From Planctomycetota bacterium (lineage in GTDB: Bacteria; Planctomycetota; UBA1135; UBA2386): a DNA stretch of 64,000 nt. The position numbers and the translations under genes are program-made. Positions 43,931 through 54,072 of the stretch are shown piece by piece; within the stretch, counting starts at the first letter, position 1; every line of letters starts with the position of its first letter. Location: the NCBI GenBank assembly GCA_965228735.1, contig OZ245838.1, forward strand, positions 6,816,001 to 6,880,000, in the 5' to 3' direction. Under the pieces are notes generated by a model. That model made no database searches and was not told where the DNA came from. It saw only the letters and a program-made list of their open reading frames with translations.

Positions 43931-45394
43931 ATGCGCTGCCTCGCCGTCATCGTTGCCGCCATCGTCACCGCTCTTGTCACCGCAGGCCCGATCGCCGCGC
44001 AGGAGCTGACGGACAAGCAGCTCCGCGGGCTCGAGAGGCTCGGCGAGCGTTGGGACGATGGCGACTCACCCGGGTTCTCGGTAGCGATCGCGCGCGGCGG
44101 CAAGCAGATCTACGCCGCCGGCCATGGCCGGGCGCATCTCGAGTTCGATGGGAAGATCGCGCCAGACACGATTTTCCACGTCGCTTCGGTCAGCAAGCAG
44201 TTCACCGCGTTCGCGCTCGTGCTGCTCGAGCAGGACGGGGAGCTGTCGCTCGACGACGACGTGCGGAAGCACGTGCCGTGGCTGCACGACTTCGGTGCGA
44301 CGATCACGATTCGCCACCTGCTCAACCACACGAGCGGCCTGCGCGACCAGTGGGAGCTGCTCGCGATCAGTGGCTACCGCCTCGACGACGTCCTGACCAG
44401 GGACCACATCCTGGCGATCCTGCGCGCGCAGCGCGAGCTGAACTTCGCGCCGGGATCGGAGTACATGTACTCCAACATGGGCTACACGCTCGCCGCGTAC
44501 GTCGTCGAAACGGTCGCGAAGAAGCCGTTCCACGCGTTCTGCAAGGAGCGCATCTTCGAGCCGCTCGGCATGACGCGAACGCACTTCCACCACGACCACC
44601 GGCAGGTCGTTCCGGGGCGCGCCTACAGCTACGCGCTGACGCGTGGCCGCTGGCACAAGGGTGTGTTGAGCTACGCGAACTGCGGCGCCACGAGCCTGTT
44701 CACGACGGCGACTGATCTGACGCGATGGCTGCACAATCTGGGCGCGGGTGAAGTGGGCGGCAAGGACGCGGTGATGGCGATGCGCACCCGCGGCCGGCTC
44801 ACGAGCGGTCGGGAGATCCGCTACGCGCTCGGCTTGCAGGTCGGGGAGAGCCGCGGTCACACCATGCTGCAACATGGCGGCGCCGATGCCGGTTTTCGAT
44901 CCCACGTCATCTACCTGCCGGACGTCGACCTCGGCGTCGCGGTGCTTTCGAACGCGGCGAATGGCAACCCGAGCCTGATCGCGAACGGGATCGTTCAGCT
45001 GCTCGTCAAACGGCGGAGGGTGGCCAAGAAGCCGGAGCAGCCGGAACGGTCCGCGCCGGGGGCCAACGCGGACGGGCCCGACACGGACGAGGCCGACGCG
45101 GAAGGGCCCGGCGCGGCGCCCGAGGTCGAGCCGATCCCGCTGGCAGAGATGGCCGGGCGCTACTTCTGTCCCGAGCTCGAGGTGTTCTACGAAATCGTCG
45201 TCGACGGCGACGACGTCAAAGCGGTGCACCGCCGGCACGGCGACTTCGATCTGCAGCGCCGTGGGCCCGACACGCTGACGGGGCGCCCGTTCTTCTTCCG
45301 GAAGGCTTCGTTCGCCCGCGAAGACGGCCGGGTCACGGGCTTTTCGTTGACCGGCAGTCGCGTGCGCAACCTGCGCTTCGTGCGCGTCGAGTGA
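43931..45394 (+). CDS. Serine hydrolase, beta-lactamase/AmpC-like family
   Basis: Signal peptide; SVSK, LLNHTSG, YSN, HGG. Confidence 0.92.
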   Translation: MRCLAVIVAAIVTALVTAGPIAAQELTDKQLRGLERLGERWDDGDSPGFSVAIARGGKQIYAAGHGRAHLEFDGKIAPDTIFHVASVSKQFTAFALVLLEQDGELSLDDDVRKHVPWLHDFGATITIRHLLNHTSGLRDQWELLAISGYRLDDVLTRDHILAILRAQRELNFAPGSEYMYSNMGYTLAAYVVETVAKKPFHAFCKERIFEPLGMTRTHFHHDHRQVVPGRAYSYALTRGRWHKGVLSYANCGATSLFTTATDLTRWLHNLGAGEVGGKDAVMAMRTRGRLTSGREIRYALGLQVGESRGHTMLQHGGADAGFRSHVIYLPDVDLGVAVLSNAANGNPSLIANGIVQLLVKRRRVAKKPEQPERSAPGANADGPDTDEADAEGPGAAPEVEPIPLAEMAGRYFCPELEVFYEIVVDGDDVKAVHRRHGDFDLQRRGPDTLTGRPFFFRKASFAREDGRVTGFSLTGSRVRNLRFVRVE

Positions 45395-45464
45395 GGCCCG
45401 GGGGGCCCGCGTCGATCGTGACCCGTCACCCAGGAACCGTCTCTCGGGGGCAGGTTGAGCAGCG

Positions 45465-47165
45465 CTACTGCACCACGGTACGGATCACGTTCGTAGTGGC
45501 CAACGTCTGAGCTGCGTTGGAGGGGATGATGAACCCGAGTCCTTGGACGATGAACGTGAGTGTCGTGTTTTGCGGTATTCTCAGGGTGAGAGACGCTGTT
45601 CCGGACGCGTCGGGGATCAGGCCGGGCGACAGGGCGACGGCGTTCTGGTCGATTGCAATGAAGCCGACGGAGGGGAGGTGGCCCCACGCCTGCTGGGGAG
45701 GCACGGACAAGTGTAGGACCATGTAGCTGCTTCGGACGGTGTTGTCGTAGAACCCGACATCGAAGCCGAACGTGAGCTCGTAGTCGACAAAGCCGGAAGT
45801 CGTGTTGATCAGCCGCGGGGCGTCGATCTGGCTCAACGCATTCGGATGAAAGCGCAGCGATGATTCGGTAGGTACCGCCGTGAACAGGTCGGGGTCGCCG
45901 TCGAGGTCCACATCGGCGAGCGCTACCCCTTGGGTATTCAGCTGCAATTGCGAGTCTGACTGGATGCGGCCTGGCGCGTCCACGAACCCCGGACCAGTCA
46001 TGGGGGAGTTGTCGAACAGATAGAGCCGCGTTCCGCCGTGGGTCGATCCGAACGTCTCGTTCACCGTCACGACATCGAGGTCGCCGTCACCGTCGACGTC
46101 GCCCACGGCAAGGTCGTTCGAGGCATCGCCCGAGGAAGGCAGCGGTTGGGGCGCGGCGAAGACCCCGGTCCCGTCGTTGAGGAACAGTTGTTCGGAGCCG
46201 TTGATCCAGAAGCCGGCAACGAGCTCCGGTTTGTTCGCCGTGATCAGATCGAGGTCGCCGTCGTTGTCGACGTCGGCGAGCTCGGCGCCGCTGCTTCGCC
46301 TCGACGGCAAGCCGCTCAGGCCCGCGGTGGCGGTGCTGTCGGTGAAGGCGCCGGAGCCGTTGCCGGTGATCAGAACATGCGTGCCCGCGCCACCAGTGGC
46401 CGAGCGCAGGCCTGCGAACAGATCAGGATCACCGTCGCCGTCGATATCGCCGGTTGCCAGCGCTTCGATATGGATGTTGCCCGTCACGGCGGGAATGCCC
46501 GTCGCGACCTCCGTGAAGGTCGGCGGCATCGTGCCGCTGTTTTCGAGGTAGAACAGGCCGGAGGTAAAGCCTGGCCTCGGTGCCGCGCCGGCGAAAATGT
46601 CCAGGTGTCCGTCGCCATTCCAGTCGACCAAAGCGACGCATCGGACGTTTGCGAAGTTGGGCACTTCCAGCAGGGCCAACTGGCTGCGGTCGTCGAAGGT
46701 CGACGTCGACGACAGAGCGTTCTCGAAGTAGAGCACCGCGCCGGGGCCGGAGCCCTGGGTGACCGCGAGCACGATGTCGAGTTGCCCGTCGCCGTTCATG
46801 TCGCCGACGGCTCCGTCCGTGGCGCCATTGGCAGGCCGTGTAACGAAGCTCGTCCGGTCGAAGAACTCGCCCTGCGGGTCAGCGAATCCGGTCGATTGAC
46901 CGCCGTTCTCGTAGTACGAGTCCTGGCCCGAGCTCACGACGTACGCGTCGACATCGCCATCGCCGTCGAAGTCGGCCAGCAGCACGTCCTGGGCCGCCAG
47001 AGTAGGCGAGTTGGGGAGCTTCGCGTTGAACCCCAACACCGGCGGCGCCGTGCCCGTCTCGGCAGCGTGCAACGTGAATTGTGTTGTGAATGACTGCGCA
47101 AGTGCGGGGGACGCGAGTGCGAGGGCGACTGCCACAGTCAACGTGCGATGAGTCGATGCGTTCAT
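45465..47165 (-). CDS. FG-GAP/VCBS repeat secreted protein
   Basis: Signal peptide; about seven D.DGDGD.D repeats. Confidence 0.9.
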   Translation of the reverse strand: MNASTHRTLTVAVALALASPALAQSFTTQFTLHAAETGTAPPVLGFNAKLPNSPTLAAQDVLLADFDGDGDVDAYVVSSGQDSYYENGGQSTGFADPQGEFFDRTSFVTRPANGATDGAVGDMNGDGQLDIVLAVTQGSGPGAVLYFENALSSTSTFDDRSQLALLEVPNFANVRCVALVDWNGDGHLDIFAGAAPRPGFTSGLFYLENSGTMPPTFTEVATGIPAVTGNIHIEALATGDIDGDGDPDLFAGLRSATGGAGTHVLITGNGSGAFTDSTATAGLSGLPSRRSSGAELADVDNDGDLDLITANKPELVAGFWINGSEQLFLNDGTGVFAAPQPLPSSGDASNDLAVGDVDGDGDLDVVTVNETFGSTHGGTRLYLFDNSPMTGPGFVDAPGRIQSDSQLQLNTQGVALADVDLDGDPDLFTAVPTESSLRFHPNALSQIDAPRLINTTSGFVDYELTFGFDVGFYDNTVRSSYMVLHLSVPPQQAWGHLPSVGFIAIDQNAVALSPGLIPDASGTASLTLRIPQNTTLTFIVQGLGFIIPSNAAQTLATTNVIRTVVQ

Positions 47166-47313
47166 CCGTCAGTCTCTTGGTTGTGAACTTCGGTGGTCTG
47201 GAGCAGCCTCTGTTGAGCGGCGCGCGTTGCGTGTTGCGCTGATTCTGCAGAAACTGAGTCACCCTCGACCGGGTTGACACTCGCGTGCTCGGGGCACTAG
47301 CGTTGAGAAGCGA

Positions 47314-47913
47314 ATGGGTGGTCAACGCGGCGAGCGCCACACCGCCGATATCCTGCGGCGGGCGCAAGGCGGCAACCCCGACGCCTGGGCCGAGTTGGTT
47401 CGGCGTTGCGAGAATCGGTTGCGCGTTCTGGTGAGCTTCCGATTACGGGCGGCCGGTCCGGCCAATGCGGACGACGTGCTACAAGACACCTGGTCCGTCG
47501 CGCTGCAGAGGTTCTCGGCGTTCGAGTATCGCGGCGAAGGCTCGTTCTTGCGGTGGATGTCGGGAATCCTGCGCATGAAGATCCTGGAGGCGGCGCGGAC
47601 CACGCACCATTTGCGAGGAGGCGTCGACCTGGGCGCGGTTGCCGTGGGGGCCAATCCGCCGGGGTTGCTGCGCGCGCTGATCGAGTCGCAGACGCCCTCG
47701 CGCGAAGCCTCGTGCAACGAGCAGGTTGCGCGGGTCCGGCAGGTATTGGCCGCGCTGCCGGAGCCCGATCGAGAGGTCCTTCTGATGCGTCACTATGAGG
47801 GGCTGACGCTCCGCGAGGTCGGCGCTCAACTCGGTGTTGACGCTTCTACCGTACTACTGCGCGAGCGACGGGCGATCGACCGCTGCGCCCGGGAGTTGAG
47901 GGAGACCCAGTGA
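47314..47913 (+). CDS. ECF RNA polymerase sigma factor
   Basis: Region 2 (ADDVLQDT, FLRWMSGI); region 4 (LPEPDREVLLMRHYEGLTLREVG). Confidence 0.9.
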   Translation: MGGQRGERHTADILRRAQGGNPDAWAELVRRCENRLRVLVSFRLRAAGPANADDVLQDTWSVALQRFSAFEYRGEGSFLRWMSGILRMKILEAARTTHHLRGGVDLGAVAVGANPPGLLRALIESQTPSREASCNEQVARVRQVLAALPEPDREVLLMRHYEGLTLREVGAQLGVDASTVLLRERRAIDRCARELRETQ

Positions 47914-50714
47914 GGAGGCCCGTGAGAGACGCGGTGGACGGGAGCGACTCGAGCCACCCGAGTGATCACGACCGTGTGCTCGCGTTCCTGACCTTCCGTG
48001 AGGATGCGGAGTCGGATGATCGATCCGTACCACGGTCGGGCGATCGGGTCGCCGGCTACACGCTCGGTGCGGAGATCGGGCGAGGCGGTGTTGGTGTCGT
48101 GTTCCGCGCCCGTGACGAAGCGCTTGGCCGCGACGTCGCGCTCAAGTTGATACCAGCGGCCCTCTCTGATGTCGGTCGCCAGCGCGCCGAGTCGGAAGGG
48201 CGCCTGCTCGCCGCAGTCCGTCATGATTCCATCGTGCCGGTGTACGCGACGGGTTTCGTGCGGGGGTTCTATTGGGTGGCGATGGAGTTGGTCGATGGCG
48301 AGTCGCTGATGCGTTGTCTCGCCGGCGAGCCGGCCCGCGGATTGCGCCCGGGCGAGCCCGATTGGCTCGGGTGGTTGTTGCCGTACCTTCGACAGATCGC
48401 CGCCGCACTCGGAAGTTGCCACGCCCGCGGCATCCTGCATCGAGACATCAAACCGAGCAACGTCCTCATTGGGTCGAACGGCCAGGCCTATCTCGTCGAC
48501 TTCGGGCTCGCGCGGGTACTCGATGTCAACGCGACGGCCACCGTGGGATTCGTTGGCACGCCCTGCTACGCATCGCCCGAGCAAGTCCGCGGCGAGCCAC
48601 TCACTGCGGCCAGCGACGTCTTCTCGTTCGGTGCGATGATGTTCGAAGCGATCACTGGCGTGCTCGCATTCTCGCAGCACGACCGCGGAGCACTGGACGA
48701 TTCCATTCGGTTCGACGACCCGGTCTGGCCGCGGCGCGTTCGAGCCTCTGCGGAGCTTCGAGCGATCGTCGAGAGATGCCTCGAGAAGGACCCTGGGGAC
48801 CGTTACCCATCGGGCAGCGAACTCGCTGCAGACTTGGCGCGGTTCTTGCACTTCGAGCCCGTTCGAGCGATCAAGAGAGGCCGGCTGAGTCGCTTCTGGC
48901 AGAGGGTGCGGCGGCGGCCAGGGCCCTTCGCCGTGCGGGCCGGCGGCGTCTTGCTGGGCTCGGCGGTCGTCGCGCTGTGGTTTCACAACGCGACACAGGC
49001 ATCGTCGCTGCAGCGCGTCGGGGCCGAGGCGCAGTTCGCGCGCGCGGTCGAGGCCTACGAGATCGGCGATCTGGACGCTGCCGGCCGGATGTTCGCGAAT
49101 CTCGCCGGGTCTGACTACCGGGCTGCAGAGGCGATCGACTATCGCGGCGAGTTGGCTCTCCGGCGGGGCGAACTTGGCGAAGCGCGCCGAATGTACCGAG
49201 CGTCAACTGTCGATGACCGGCAGCTGACGACCCGTGTCGGCCGGCTGTTGTCGGCTGTGGTCCCAACGGATTCGGCGTTGCAAGGCGGGGCGACTACACC
49301 TCGAGAGCACGCGATGCTCGGCCGGTATCGGTTCGAACGCCGCGACTTCGCTGCGGCCAAGGTTCACCTGGACCTGGCTCTCGCCAAACGCAACGTATGG
49401 CCGTGGCTCGTAGATCGCGCTCGGTGTCATTTGGCGCTGTATGAGTTGCGCGCTGGCGGTCGTGATGCCCTCGCTGCCTGCTCGTTGTGGCCTGATAGTC
49501 TCCGTGATGCCACGTTGTTGGAGACACTGTGTTTTTGCTTGCGCAACACGGGCAAGGCGGCCGAGGCTGTTCGAGTAATCCGGGAAGGGCGCGTGCGAGG
49601 CATCGACTCGGATGTTCATCGCGCGCACCTTGCTCTGTGCCTGCTGGCCGTGGATAGGCGCTCGGTAGAGGCGAGAGAAGAGATCGCGAAGGCGTGTTCG
49701 GCATCGAGCCTCAGCGAGTGCGCAGACCTCGTCGCCTTCGCCGTCGCGATGTGTTACGGGGCCGAGCCCGGAGCACCGCAACTCGCGTTCATCGATCGGG
49801 TGCTGGCTGAGCGCCCAGAATCCCCGGGGGCCTGGGCCGCCAAGACACTCGCGGCTTCGCGCCGATCGGATTGGTCCGCTGCTGTGGATGCCGCCCAGAA
49901 GGGACTGGGTCATGCAATGGTCGGCTCATGGGCACTTTCCTTGCGCCGGCATCTTGCGATTGCGTGGTTCGAGCAGCAGCGCTTTGCGGAGGCCGCGGTG
50001 GAGCTGGAAGCCATCGAAGAACTCGTTCCCGGAGACGCGGCGATCTCTAGTTTGCTTGGCCGGGCTCTTCTGCAGTTGGGACGACTCGAGGCCGCGTTCG
50101 CTGCAAGCGAGCGGGCGATGAACGCCGACCAAACGTCGTACGAAGCGCTCGTACTGCGTGGCCAGTTACATGCGCACCGGGGTGAGTTCGAGTCGTCCAT
50201 TCCCTATTTCATGCGTGCGTGTGGCGTGCGGCCAGATCGAGCGGACGCGTGGTACAAGCTGGCGAACGCGCAGGTTGATCTAGGCCAGAACGGCGCCGCG
50301 TGGCTCAGCGCCCGCGAGGCGACCCGCCTGAGCCCGGTGTGGGGTTGGGCCTGGGTCACGCGCGCTCTCGTAGAATCGCGGCTCGGCAAGTCGTCGGACT
50401 CGGTTGATAGCTACCGGCGCGCGGTGGCCATCGTCAAGGAGCCTCGCGTTCGGCTTGATCTCGCAGAGGAGCTCCGAAAGCTCGGGCGTATGACGGAGGC
50501 ACTGATTGAGGTCGAGAACGCCCTCCGTCTCGCTCCCGAATCGCCGTACGTCCTCGCAAGTCTCGGTGAACTTCTCTCGACTGCGGATGATTCGTCGGGC
50601 CGTGATCTCGAGCGTGCGGAGCGAGTGTTGCGCCACGCCTGTCGGTTGGCCGATGTCGAGTTCCGCCCGACGTGCGAGCGACTGCTGCGAGCCGCGATCA
50701 CGGCTCGGCGGTAG
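47910..50714 (+). CDS. Ser/Thr protein kinase with TM helix and TPR domain
   Basis: IGRGGVG, VALK, HRDIKPSN, DFGLA, YASPE, DVFSFG; TPR C-terminus; 4-nt overlap with the sigma gene. Confidence 0.93.
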   Translation: MRRPVRDAVDGSDSSHPSDHDRVLAFLTFREDAESDDRSVPRSGDRVAGYTLGAEIGRGGVGVVFRARDEALGRDVALKLIPAALSDVGRQRAESEGRLLAAVRHDSIVPVYATGFVRGFYWVAMELVDGESLMRCLAGEPARGLRPGEPDWLGWLLPYLRQIAAALGSCHARGILHRDIKPSNVLIGSNGQAYLVDFGLARVLDVNATATVGFVGTPCYASPEQVRGEPLTAASDVFSFGAMMFEAITGVLAFSQHDRGALDDSIRFDDPVWPRRVRASAELRAIVERCLEKDPGDRYPSGSELAADLARFLHFEPVRAIKRGRLSRFWQRVRRRPGPFAVRAGGVLLGSAVVALWFHNATQASSLQRVGAEAQFARAVEAYEIGDLDAAGRMFANLAGSDYRAAEAIDYRGELALRRGELGEARRMYRASTVDDRQLTTRVGRLLSAVVPTDSALQGGATTPREHAMLGRYRFERRDFAAAKVHLDLALAKRNVWPWLVDRARCHLALYELRAGGRDALAACSLWPDSLRDATLLETLCFCLRNTGKAAEAVRVIREGRVRGIDSDVHRAHLALCLLAVDRRSVEAREEIAKACSASSLSECADLVAFAVAMCYGAEPGAPQLAFIDRVLAERPESPGAWAAKTLAASRRSDWSAAVDAAQKGLGHAMVGSWALSLRRHLAIAWFEQQRFAEAAVELEAIEELVPGDAAISSLLGRALLQLGRLEAAFAASERAMNADQTSYEALVLRGQLHAHRGEFESSIPYFMRACGVRPDRADAWYKLANAQVDLGQNGAAWLSAREATRLSPVWGWAWVTRALVESRLGKSSDSVDSYRRAVAIVKEPRVRLDLAEELRKLGRMTEALIEVENALRLAPESPYVLASLGELLSTADDSSGRDLERAERVLRHACRLADVEFRPTCERLLRAAITARR

Positions 50715-50898
50715 CGCGCTGACCTCAACGCCGCCTCGAAGCCTCTCGGTGGACCCGCTGAGCAGACTGACCGAGCCCGCTTCGCGGGCGGCCGCCGCAA
50801 CTGCTCAACCGCAACGGCACCCGGTCAGAACGCGCCCTCGTCTTGGTGCGGTGGCGCGCGCCAGACCTGCGGCCGCTAGGCTGTTGGTGGAACTCGCC

Positions 50899-53800
50899 AT
50901 GTCCAAACCACAGTCCCTTCTCCGGTTCCTGACGGCCGTCTCGTTCACGGCCATCGCGTCACCCGTTCTTCCTCTCCTACACGCGCAGGGCGAACCGGCG
51001 GCCGCCGGTCGGCCGCCAGCGGAGAAGGCCGCGGAGAACGCCGCGGACACGACTACTGAGGACGCCACGCCGAAGGTCCTGACCGTCGCCGACTACGGCT
51101 CGTGGAACCGAATTGGCGACGTCACGTTGTCACCGAACGGCCAGCACATCACCTACAGCTACCGGCCGAACGACGGCGACACCCGCTTCTTCATCGCCGA
51201 GGCGGCGAGCGGGCGCGTCGTTCACGAGGTGATGAACGGTGGGTCCGTCCGGTTCTCGGACGACGGCAGGTGGATCGGCTACCTCGTCCGGCCGCAGGAA
51301 GCCGAAGCGAAGAAGCTGGCGAAGCAGAAGAAGCCCGTGCGCTCGGCGCTCGAACTGGTCGAGCTGCCGCCGCTCGGCGACGCGGATGCCGCGATCGAGC
51401 CGCGACGCTTCGAGAGCGTGCGGTCGTTCCGGTTCGCGGACGAGGGCGTGCCGTTCGTCGCCGTTCACAAGCACGGGGCCGAGAAGGCCGAGCACGACGG
51501 CAGCGACCTCGTGTTGCTCGATCTGCGCCGGGGCCAGGTCCAGAACATCGGCAACGTGTCCGCGTTCGCGTTCTCGGAGACCGGTTCGTTCCTCGCCTAC
51601 ACGATCGATGCGGCCGATGACGCCGGCAACGGTGTCTACCTGCTGAGGTTGCGCGGCGACGACGGCGCCGCGGCGGGGACCCCCGTGGCGTCCGTTCTCG
51701 ATTCCGGCACCGACTCGACGTACCGCGGTCTGGTCTGGCAGCGCAATGATCGAACCACCGACGCCGACTTGCTTGCTGTCCTGCGGGGGCGAGTCGTCGA
51801 GTCGGACGTCGCGGAGAGCGCCGAGCCAGACGCGAAGACCGGCTCCGATCCGAAGACGAACGGCGAGCCCGAGAAGAAGGAGTTCGAGGCCGAAGAGAAC
51901 GAGCTGCTCGTCTTCGACCCGGCGGCGGGCTGGTCGGAGGTCTTCGACCCGAAGAAGGCCCCGCGGTTCCCCGACGGCCACGTGCTCTCCGAGTACCGTG
52001 CTCCGTCCTGGTCCGACGACGGCAATCGCGTGTTCGTCGGCGTGCGCGCCCAGGCCGAGAAGATCGCGAAGAAGTCCGACGACGATCAGGCCAACGTCGA
52101 GGTGTGGCACTGGCAGGACGAACGCGTGCAGTCCGTCCAGAAGGTTCGCGCGTCCCGGGACCGGCGCCGCACCGACCTCGCGGTCGTGCACCTCGCGGAT
52201 CGCGCGGGCCAGCGGCTGGACCAGCCGCGGTTCGTCGCGCTGACCGACGACCGGGTGCGGAGTGTCACGACGACCGATCATGCCGACTTGTTCGTCGGGC
52301 GGGACGACTCGCGCTACCGCGGGGACATGTCGATCGACGGCGGTCTCGCGGACTACGTCACGGTCGACCTGTGGACCGGCGAGCGCCGTCCGATCGTGCA
52401 GCGCGTGCGTCGGTCGATGGGGGCCTCCCCCGACGGCCGCTTCTTCGTCTGGTCGGTCGACGGTGCGATCAGCGCTTACGACCTCGAGCGCCGGCGGCGC
52501 ATCCCGCTCTCCGGCTTGATCGATGTCGACTTCACCAACCGGCAAGCCGACCGCACGAGTGAGAGTTCGACCTACGGCATTGCAGGGTGGGCGGCGGACG
52601 GTCGCACCGTGATCCTCAATCACCGCTACGATCTGTGGGCCGTCCCGCTCGTCGCGGACGAAGCGGAGGACGGCGAGCTCGAGCGCCCGACCGACCTGAC
52701 CGGTGGCGTGGGGCGTGAGCGCGCGATCCGGTTCCGGCTCGTGGACCTGGAGCCGGACGTCGACACGTTCGACCTCACGAAGCCGTTCCTGCTGTCGGCG
52801 TACGGGGATCGGACCAAGGAGTCGGGGTACTTCTGGGGCTTGCCCGGCGGTGCGCCGAAGCCGTTGCGCTACGTCGATGCGATGGTCTCTGGCCTGCGCA
52901 AGGCGGCGGACTCAAGCCGCGTCGTCTGGACCCGCCAGACGGCGGTCGAGTTCCCCGACCTGTGGACCGCGACGCTGCCCGCTGCCGGCCAGCCGATGTC
53001 GGCTCCTCAGAAGCTCACCGACGCCAACCCGCAGCAGTCGGAGTACGCGTGGACCCCGGGCCGGATCCTGTTCGACTACACGGACGCGCGCGGCAACGAG
53101 CTCCAGGGCACGCTGACCCTGCCTGCCGGTTACGAGAAGGGCCGCCGGTATCCGGCGCTCGTCTACTTCTACGAGAAGATGTCACAGCGGCATCACCAGT
53201 ACTCGATGCCGGCCTACGACGATCGGCCGCACATGTCGACGTACGCGAGCGACGGCTACGTCGTCATTCAACCGGACATCGTCTACGAGCCGGGCAAGCC
53301 GGGCTCTTCGGCCGTGGACGACGTGACGGCGGCGGTGCACGCGGCGATCGAGCTGGGGATGGTCGATCCCGACCGAATCGGCCTGCAGGGCCACTCGTGG
53401 GGCGGCTACCAGTCGAGCTTCATCGTGACGCAGACCGACCTCTTCGCCTGCGTCGTGACGGGTGCGCCGTTGACCAACCTCGTCAGCATGCACAACGTGC
53501 TCTACAAGCGCAGCGGCTCGCCCAACGCGGGCCTGATCCAGTGGGGGCAGGGCCGCATGGGAACGAGCCCGTGGGACGACTGGCAGGGCTACCTCGACGA
53601 GTCGCCGGTGTATCACGCGCGTTCGATCACGACGCCGTTCATGATCCTGCACGGCACGGCCGACGGCGCGGTGGACTGGAACCAGGGGCTCGAGTTCTAC
53701 ATCGCGGCGAAGCGGCTCGGGAAGCAGGTGATCCTGCTGAGCTATCCCGACGAGCCGCACCACCTGCGGAACAAGGCCAACCAGATCGACTTCCAGATCC

Positions 53801-53919
53801 GCATGAAGCAATACTTCGATCACTACCTCAAGGGCGCGGATGCGCCCGCGTGGCTCGAAGGCGGCGTGGACTACATCGAGCGCGACCGCGAGGTGCTGAG
53901 CGAGCAAGTGGGACGGTGA
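50899..53919 (+). CDS. S9 family (prolyl oligopeptidase-like) peptidase
   Basis: Signal peptide, propeller region, GHSWGG, HGTADGAV, EPHH. Confidence 0.92.
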   Translation: MSKPQSLLRFLTAVSFTAIASPVLPLLHAQGEPAAAGRPPAEKAAENAADTTTEDATPKVLTVADYGSWNRIGDVTLSPNGQHITYSYRPNDGDTRFFIAEAASGRVVHEVMNGGSVRFSDDGRWIGYLVRPQEAEAKKLAKQKKPVRSALELVELPPLGDADAAIEPRRFESVRSFRFADEGVPFVAVHKHGAEKAEHDGSDLVLLDLRRGQVQNIGNVSAFAFSETGSFLAYTIDAADDAGNGVYLLRLRGDDGAAAGTPVASVLDSGTDSTYRGLVWQRNDRTTDADLLAVLRGRVVESDVAESAEPDAKTGSDPKTNGEPEKKEFEAEENELLVFDPAAGWSEVFDPKKAPRFPDGHVLSEYRAPSWSDDGNRVFVGVRAQAEKIAKKSDDDQANVEVWHWQDERVQSVQKVRASRDRRRTDLAVVHLADRAGQRLDQPRFVALTDDRVRSVTTTDHADLFVGRDDSRYRGDMSIDGGLADYVTVDLWTGERRPIVQRVRRSMGASPDGRFFVWSVDGAISAYDLERRRRIPLSGLIDVDFTNRQADRTSESSTYGIAGWAADGRTVILNHRYDLWAVPLVADEAEDGELERPTDLTGGVGRERAIRFRLVDLEPDVDTFDLTKPFLLSAYGDRTKESGYFWGLPGGAPKPLRYVDAMVSGLRKAADSSRVVWTRQTAVEFPDLWTATLPAAGQPMSAPQKLTDANPQQSEYAWTPGRILFDYTDARGNELQGTLTLPAGYEKGRRYPALVYFYEKMSQRHHQYSMPAYDDRPHMSTYASDGYVVIQPDIVYEPGKPGSSAVDDVTAAVHAAIELGMVDPDRIGLQGHSWGGYQSSFIVTQTDLFACVVTGAPLTNLVSMHNVLYKRSGSPNAGLIQWGQGRMGTSPWDDWQGYLDESPVYHARSITTPFMILHGTADGAVDWNQGLEFYIAAKRLGKQVILLSYPDEPHHLRNKANQIDFQIRMKQYFDHYLKGADAPAWLEGGVDYIERDREVLSEQVGR

Positions 53920-54072
53920 TCGTGGGGTGCTCACGACCGTGTTGAGGGTGCCGGTTCCTGGCACGAGCCGGGTTCGGCGCCCACCCGGTGCGCAACGGGC
54001 CGTGTCGTGGCGGGACGACTGCCGCAGGCCATCCAGGGCGCGGACTTCTTGTCCGAACGTTCGACGCAAGGC

